The notes beneath the pieces were generated by a model. The model did not search any database, was not told the DNA's origin, and was given only the letters and a program-made list of their open reading frames with translations. The position numbers and the translations under genes are program-made. Below, piece after piece: positions 59,606 through 64,000 of a DNA stretch of 64,000 bases. The stretch is from an uncultured Candidatus Poseidoniales archaeon (GTDB taxonomy: Archaea; Thermoplasmatota; Poseidoniia; Poseidoniales; CAYMED01), in contig CAYMED010000004.1 of assembly GCA_964389655.1 (NCBI GenBank), positions 1-64,000 of the forward strand, given 5' to 3'. Within the stretch, counting starts at the first letter, position 1; each line of letters opens with the position of its first letter.

Positions 59606-62307
59606 CCTTCATCCTCTTCATTTCCATCATCGGGCTTGGGATCTGGAGCAGTTCCCCCCGAGGACTCACTTTCACCACTTTCTGAATCACCTTCCACCAC
59701 ATCAACGGTATTTACTCCCCCATCAGATTCCACAGGTAGCCTCCATCGATCAATTCGACCAGGCAATTCAACTTCACTTGAGAATGTCAGGTTGTTAGTC
59801 CAATGGACGGTAACCGCTGCATCGGAAAATGCGTAGATATATTCCCCCATGAAAATTGATCGCCGAATTGAGATGTCTCCATTCCAATAAGATCCCGCAC
59901 CCGAAAAATGTGCCGAATGATTTACATCTCCGTGAATTGAAAGAGATCCATTTTCAGCATCTACATCAACAAGGACTAATTTACTAATATATTCATACCC
60001 ATAGTAAGTATAGGTCCTTCCATCTACTACCACTTCATCATATGTCCATCGGTATGTGGAAAGGGGTACTGCAAGCAGCGAAGATGCTTCCCAAAACGTG
60101 AATGCTTTATGCTCATATGTTGCTTCAGAACTAGACCACGACCACCCACACGTTCTGATATTTTCACATTTCACATCAGTATATCCCGGAGTTAGGGGCA
60201 ATGCAGCAGCCAATACTGGGTTGGAGACATCACTCACATCAAAAAGAGAGATCTGTGTTTTTGACCAATCAAGGCCAAGACCATCTTCCCCACCAGGATA
60301 CCCTATCGTCAAAAGATGATTTCCATCAGAAAGAGGGTGTATGTATGTGGAAACACCAGGAATTTCTAATTCACCCAATATTTTTGGATTTGTTGGATCT
60401 GCAATATCGATTGTCCATAGAGGATCCACTTGCCTAAATGTAACAAGATATGCGCGTTCTCCAACAAACCGAGCCGACCAAATCCTCTCCCCTTCGGCAA
60501 TTCCATCTAGGTGTCCAATTTCAGTAAACACCCCGCCCCCAACTTGTTCTACTAATTGCAGACAAATAATGTGGTTTTCCATTGGTTCTGGTTCATCCAT
60601 CCACCACCTTCCCCACTGGCCAGTGGTTGAAGCAACACGCAATACACCACCATATTCTGAGAGTGAAAATTGGTCCAAAATGGTTCCATTTATTCTTCCA
60701 GAGCCCATATACTCTGTGTGCCCAGAAATAGAAATATCGAATGCATGAACATTTGTGGCCTCAACAAAATCAGGGTTATGCCAAAACCACCACCAATCGT
60801 TGGCCTGTTCAGTTACGACTAACATATCATGTGATGCATATATTTGTGGCCAATTTGAGCGAATATGATCGGCTTCAAATTCAAATTGGTTTTGAGTCAG
60901 GTCAATTGAGATGATGGAAGTAATCCCCCTGCTTGTCGCATCAGCAGCAGCGGCAAAGCCATCACAATCAGAGGATGTGTAAGGATGAATGACAATTCCC
61001 CCTTCTGATCGTTCATACATTCGTGGAACAAGGTCATTGAGTTGCACACTTTCCATGCTTGCCTCGTTCCAGTTAATCGTGGCATTGATACTTTCATTCC
61101 AAATGATTGATTGTTCTGTCTCATTTGCTGACCAATATGCATCATAATCTTCAATTTGGACCCAGGTTCTGAGATCCTGTGCATCAATCCACCCATAAGT
61201 AACCATTCGTACAGTACCATTCACTTCCCGTCCTGTAAGGAGATAACCTTCGATGTAAACTTCATCCATTAAGGAGGGGTTTGTACGATCCGTAATGTCG
61301 ACAACACTGATTTTTGTGTATGATTGCCAGCGATATCCACTATTGTCAGTAAATAGAATACTTTCTCGCAATGGATCATTGCCCTGTAAGGACCAGATAT
61401 TTACTGTTGATGCGATTACAATTTTGTTGTCAGACATCAACATTTGTTGGGGGTCACCCTCAATTGAGATATTTGAGGTATGTTCGACCTGCCCAAATTC
61501 GGGCACTGCCATGACGATCAAACGGCCCCCATTTAGCAGATATATATGGTCTCCATCAGTCTTAATAAAATCAGCTTCATCGACGCCCTCTTCTTGATTA
61601 TTTGTACCTGAATAATCTTCTCCTTCTTTTCTTTCTGATCCTGGCGGGGGTGCAGAAGCTGATGCACTATCCCCCCCCATATTTGCAGAATCAGCAACGG
61701 TCACGGCGCCGTCACTCTCCATGACCATATCATCCATGTAGTAAATTCCATATCGCTGATTTCTTTGTGCTTCTAGATTTGATCTTGCCTCTGAAAGAAG
61801 ACTTTCTTTAAGGTCGGATTCTAATCGATCACAAGCGTTGTAATTCGATAATTTAGGGGAAGAGCGTCCCGAGGTTGTGCGGGGGGTTGGATTTGTATAA
61901 TCAAATATGTACGGGTCTTCTGGATTTTGGTTTGGTTTTGCAATACCCCCTCCATCCAATGCGCGCTGAATTTCAGAAAGTAAGCCATCGACATCGACGG
62001 CGATACGCTCTAGCGTTGAAGCCGCCTCTGGTGATGTGAGATCAATAATACTCAATTCATCGCGTATAACCGCAATTTTATCCTCGAAAGATGCTTTTTC
62101 TTTTTCATCCTCAAGATCTTTGATCAATACTTCAAAGGACGCGAGTGAATCTTTTATTGCCTCAACAGAACTATTGGTCCCCGTTGTATTATCATCTAAT
62201 TTTGTAGGGGCATTTGGCGATATTTTTTCTTCATCACCACCAATGCAGCCGGCGATTCCAGCGACCAACATCAATAATACCACAAGGGGTGCCGACCTTA
62301 TCTCCAT
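59602..62307 (-). CDS. Beta-propeller domain lipoprotein (Beta_propel/PF09826-like), paralogue A
   Basis: Lipobox 'IAGC'; same motif set as paralogue B plus an extra N-terminal helical segment. Confidence 0.85.
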   Translation of the reverse strand: MEIRSAPLVVLLMLVAGIAGCIGGDEEKISPNAPTKLDDNTTGTNSSVEAIKDSLASFEVLIKDLEDEKEKASFEDKIAVIRDELSIIDLTSPEAASTLERIAVDVDGLLSEIQRALDGGGIAKPNQNPEDPYIFDYTNPTPRTTSGRSSPKLSNYNACDRLESDLKESLLSEARSNLEAQRNQRYGIYYMDDMVMESDGAVTVADSANMGGDSASASAPPPGSERKEGEDYSGTNNQEEGVDEADFIKTDGDHIYLLNGGRLIVMAVPEFGQVEHTSNISIEGDPQQMLMSDNKIVIASTVNIWSLQGNDPLRESILFTDNSGYRWQSYTKISVVDITDRTNPSLMDEVYIEGYLLTGREVNGTVRMVTYGWIDAQDLRTWVQIEDYDAYWSANETEQSIIWNESINATINWNEASMESVQLNDLVPRMYERSEGGIVIHPYTSSDCDGFAAAADATSRGITSIISIDLTQNQFEFEADHIRSNWPQIYASHDMLVVTEQANDWWWFWHNPDFVEATNVHAFDISISGHTEYMGSGRINGTILDQFSLSEYGGVLRVASTTGQWGRWWMDEPEPMENHIICLQLVEQVGGGVFTEIGHLDGIAEGERIWSARFVGERAYLVTFRQVDPLWTIDIADPTNPKILGELEIPGVSTYIHPLSDGNHLLTIGYPGGEDGLGLDWSKTQISLFDVSDVSNPVLAAALPLTPGYTDVKCENIRTCGWSWSSSEATYEHKAFTFWEASSLLAVPLSTYRWTYDEVVVDGRTYTYYGYEYISKLVLVDVDAENGSLSIHGDVNHSAHFSGAGSYWNGDISIRRSIFMGEYIYAFSDAAVTVHWTNNLTFSSEVELPGRIDRWRLPVESDGGVNTVDVVEGDSESGESESSGGTAPDPKPDDGNEEDEG

Positions 62308-62428
62308 GATTTCCCCACGCGTTCTTGTACATTAAGCAACTTGGTTCATTGATTTTACTTTTTATTAATAACAGCAATATATACATTCACCATACTAAAA
62401 CGAGAGCATCAACCTCAAGCGAGAGAAA

Positions 62429-64000
62429 GTGTTGGGGAGAATAGTGGGTAGATCGCTGGGCACTTGGCTTTCTGGATGTTTCATCATCATCATTCTTGTT
62501 TTTGCAATTGTAAGGCCGGCCTTTTATGACTCAAATAAAACTGATGAAATTCCTTGGTGGGCCATTCCTCTTGACCAACGCGCGTCGATGGACTTGAATC
62601 TAACAGGATCGAGATCTCAATTGCACGTTCAAGGACAATACGCGTGGACAGGCCCAACAGAACATTATGTTTCAGTCGACCTTCCCCTTTCAGAACAAGA
62701 CGTTGGTTATCCCGAAGATTCTGTCATGCATATTGCTCTTTGGCTTCCAGACGTCCTTGAAGGGATGAAAGTTCCAGTTATCGCAACGATACACCCGTAC
62801 TACGACTTCGGGGGGGAAGGGATCATAGGAATTGGAGGGGATTCAGCACCAAACACAGTCCCCGATGGTGGGGTGGGGGAATGGGTTCTCGATCAATTCG
62901 TTCCCCACGGCTATGCTTTGGCACAGGTCTCAACATTTGGGACGGGGAAATCAACTCATTGCCAAGATGTGAAAGGATTAGGGGAACAAATAGGAATCCA
63001 GAAAGCAGTGGATTGGCTTGGCAAACAAGAATGGTCGAATGGAAATGTTGGTGTCATTGGGAAATCCTATGCGGGGACTACTACGTGGGAAGCGGCACAA
63101 AACCCATCAGAACATCTCAAAACGATTGTTCCGATTTCTGGCAGCATAGGTGTTCAACAGATGTTCTATCGAAATGGCTCATCAGAATCAAGGGCAATGG
63201 TTTATGATGCACTCTACCAAGGAGCAACGACTGATGCAACATCTGATGATCTGAGAATGTGTTCTGATGATCTGATTGGTCCGGCTTCTCCTTTCACAAC
63301 GTGGATGGGTGCAGAATTTGGGGGCGCCCAGTGGAATGACTATTGGGAAGAAAGGCATCATCTCCCAGATGTCATCGAAAATTATGAGGGGAGTGTGTAC
63401 CTTGTTTGGGGCATGCAAGATTGGAATGTTGATCCATATCACGCCTTTCCAGCATTACAGCAGTTGAAAAACGCAGGGATTCCCGTTAGGGGGATTATGG
63501 GCCAATGGGCACATGATTATCCCGATCAGCCCGATAAGCACGGAGAATTAGAAAGCGGCTACGGGAAAGAAGCATATCCCTCGATGTCTCGAATGGACTG
63601 GGCAGTTGATCTGTTTTGGTGGTTTGAATATTATCTCAATGAATCAGGTCCTAAACCAGGAAATCATGTGCAAATGCAACGAAACGACGGGCTTTGGAGA
63701 GTTGAGGAGACATGGCCGCCTGTAGATATCGAGTGGGAAATGATTGGATTTGATGAAATGAATGGACAAGGTGGGCTTGTATCTTCAACCAATTCCGTCG
63801 TACTAGAAACTGAACCACTTCAAGAATCCATTCATATTTCAGGTCTCCCTACTTTACACTTAACGGTACAATTGGGGGCATGTAATGGGGGACAAATATT
63901 TGCCACACTCAGAGATATAACCGATGATATGAGACTTGGTCATGCCGTTATGGATGTGCGCTACAGGGAGGGTGGATACGATGCTAATCCAGCCCTCCCC
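62429..64000 (+). CDS. CocE/NonD (Xaa-Pro dipeptidyl peptidase, S15) family hydrolase, truncated by the window end
   Basis: Missing from the ORF track because there is no stop in the window. Manual translation from GTG 62429/62444 gives an N-terminal TM, 'VPVIATIHPY' and the nucleophile motif 'GVIGKSYAGT' near 63050-63080. Confidence 0.85.
   Translation, partial: MLGRIVGRSLGTWLSGCFIIIILVFAIVRPAFYDSNKTDEIPWWAIPLDQRASMDLNLTGSRSQLHVQGQYAWTGPTEHYVSVDLPLSEQDVGYPEDSVMHIALWLPDVLEGMKVPVIATIHPYYDFGGEGIIGIGGDSAPNTVPDGGVGEWVLDQFVPHGYALAQVSTFGTGKSTHCQDVKGLGEQIGIQKAVDWLGKQEWSNGNVGVIGKSYAGTTTWEAAQNPSEHLKTIVPISGSIGVQQMFYRNGSSESRAMVYDALYQGATTDATSDDLRMCSDDLIGPASPFTTWMGAEFGGAQWNDYWEERHHLPDVIENYEGSVYLVWGMQDWNVDPYHAFPALQQLKNAGIPVRGIMGQWAHDYPDQPDKHGELESGYGKEAYPSMSRMDWAVDLFWWFEYYLNESGPKPGNHVQMQRNDGLWRVEETWPPVDIEWEMIGFDEMNGQGGLVSSTNSVVLETEPLQESIHISGLPTLHLTVQLGACNGGQIFATLRDITDDMRLGHAVMDVRYREGGYDANPALP

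Noticed and set aside
62881-63467. Short ORFs listed at the right end of the window
   Set aside because: They overlap a longer + strand frame from 62429 that encodes a CocE/NonD hydrolase running off the window.
51629-64000. Integrated element bounded by a tRNA-Cys att duplication
   Set aside because: No second copy of the tRNA 3' end was found by eye, and there is no integrase.

Overview
Chromosomal segment of a marine Thermoplasmatota archaeon, most likely Marine Group II (Poseidoniales) or a close relative. This is inferred from archaeal markers (GGGP synthase, ribosomal protein L18Ae/LX, prefoldin alpha, archaeal FtsY, beta-CASP RNase, AlaX) mixed with bacterial-type groES/groEL, uvrA and dsbB, and many secreted or membrane-anchored proteins. 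There are about 50 CDS and one tRNA-Cys. I found no CRISPR array, rRNA or transposase. Main observations: (1) two near-perfect inverted ORB boxes flank an AT-rich stretch at 23994-24171, a probable replication origin with no orc1/cdc6 gene in the window; (2) 2-4 kb from it lies a two-gene unit encoding an actin that closely resembles magnetosome MamK plus a long coiled-coil protein, a candidate undescribed archaeal cytoskeleton or segregation module; (3) a thioredoxin / CxxC-less VKOR / DsbB disulfide locus; (4) a recurring TT(C/G)AA element about 30 nt before start codons; (5) a ferredoxin / short reductase / GGGP synthase lipid operon; (6) tandem giant beta-propeller lipoprotein paralogues. 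All family calls come from motifs read by eye, not from database searches.
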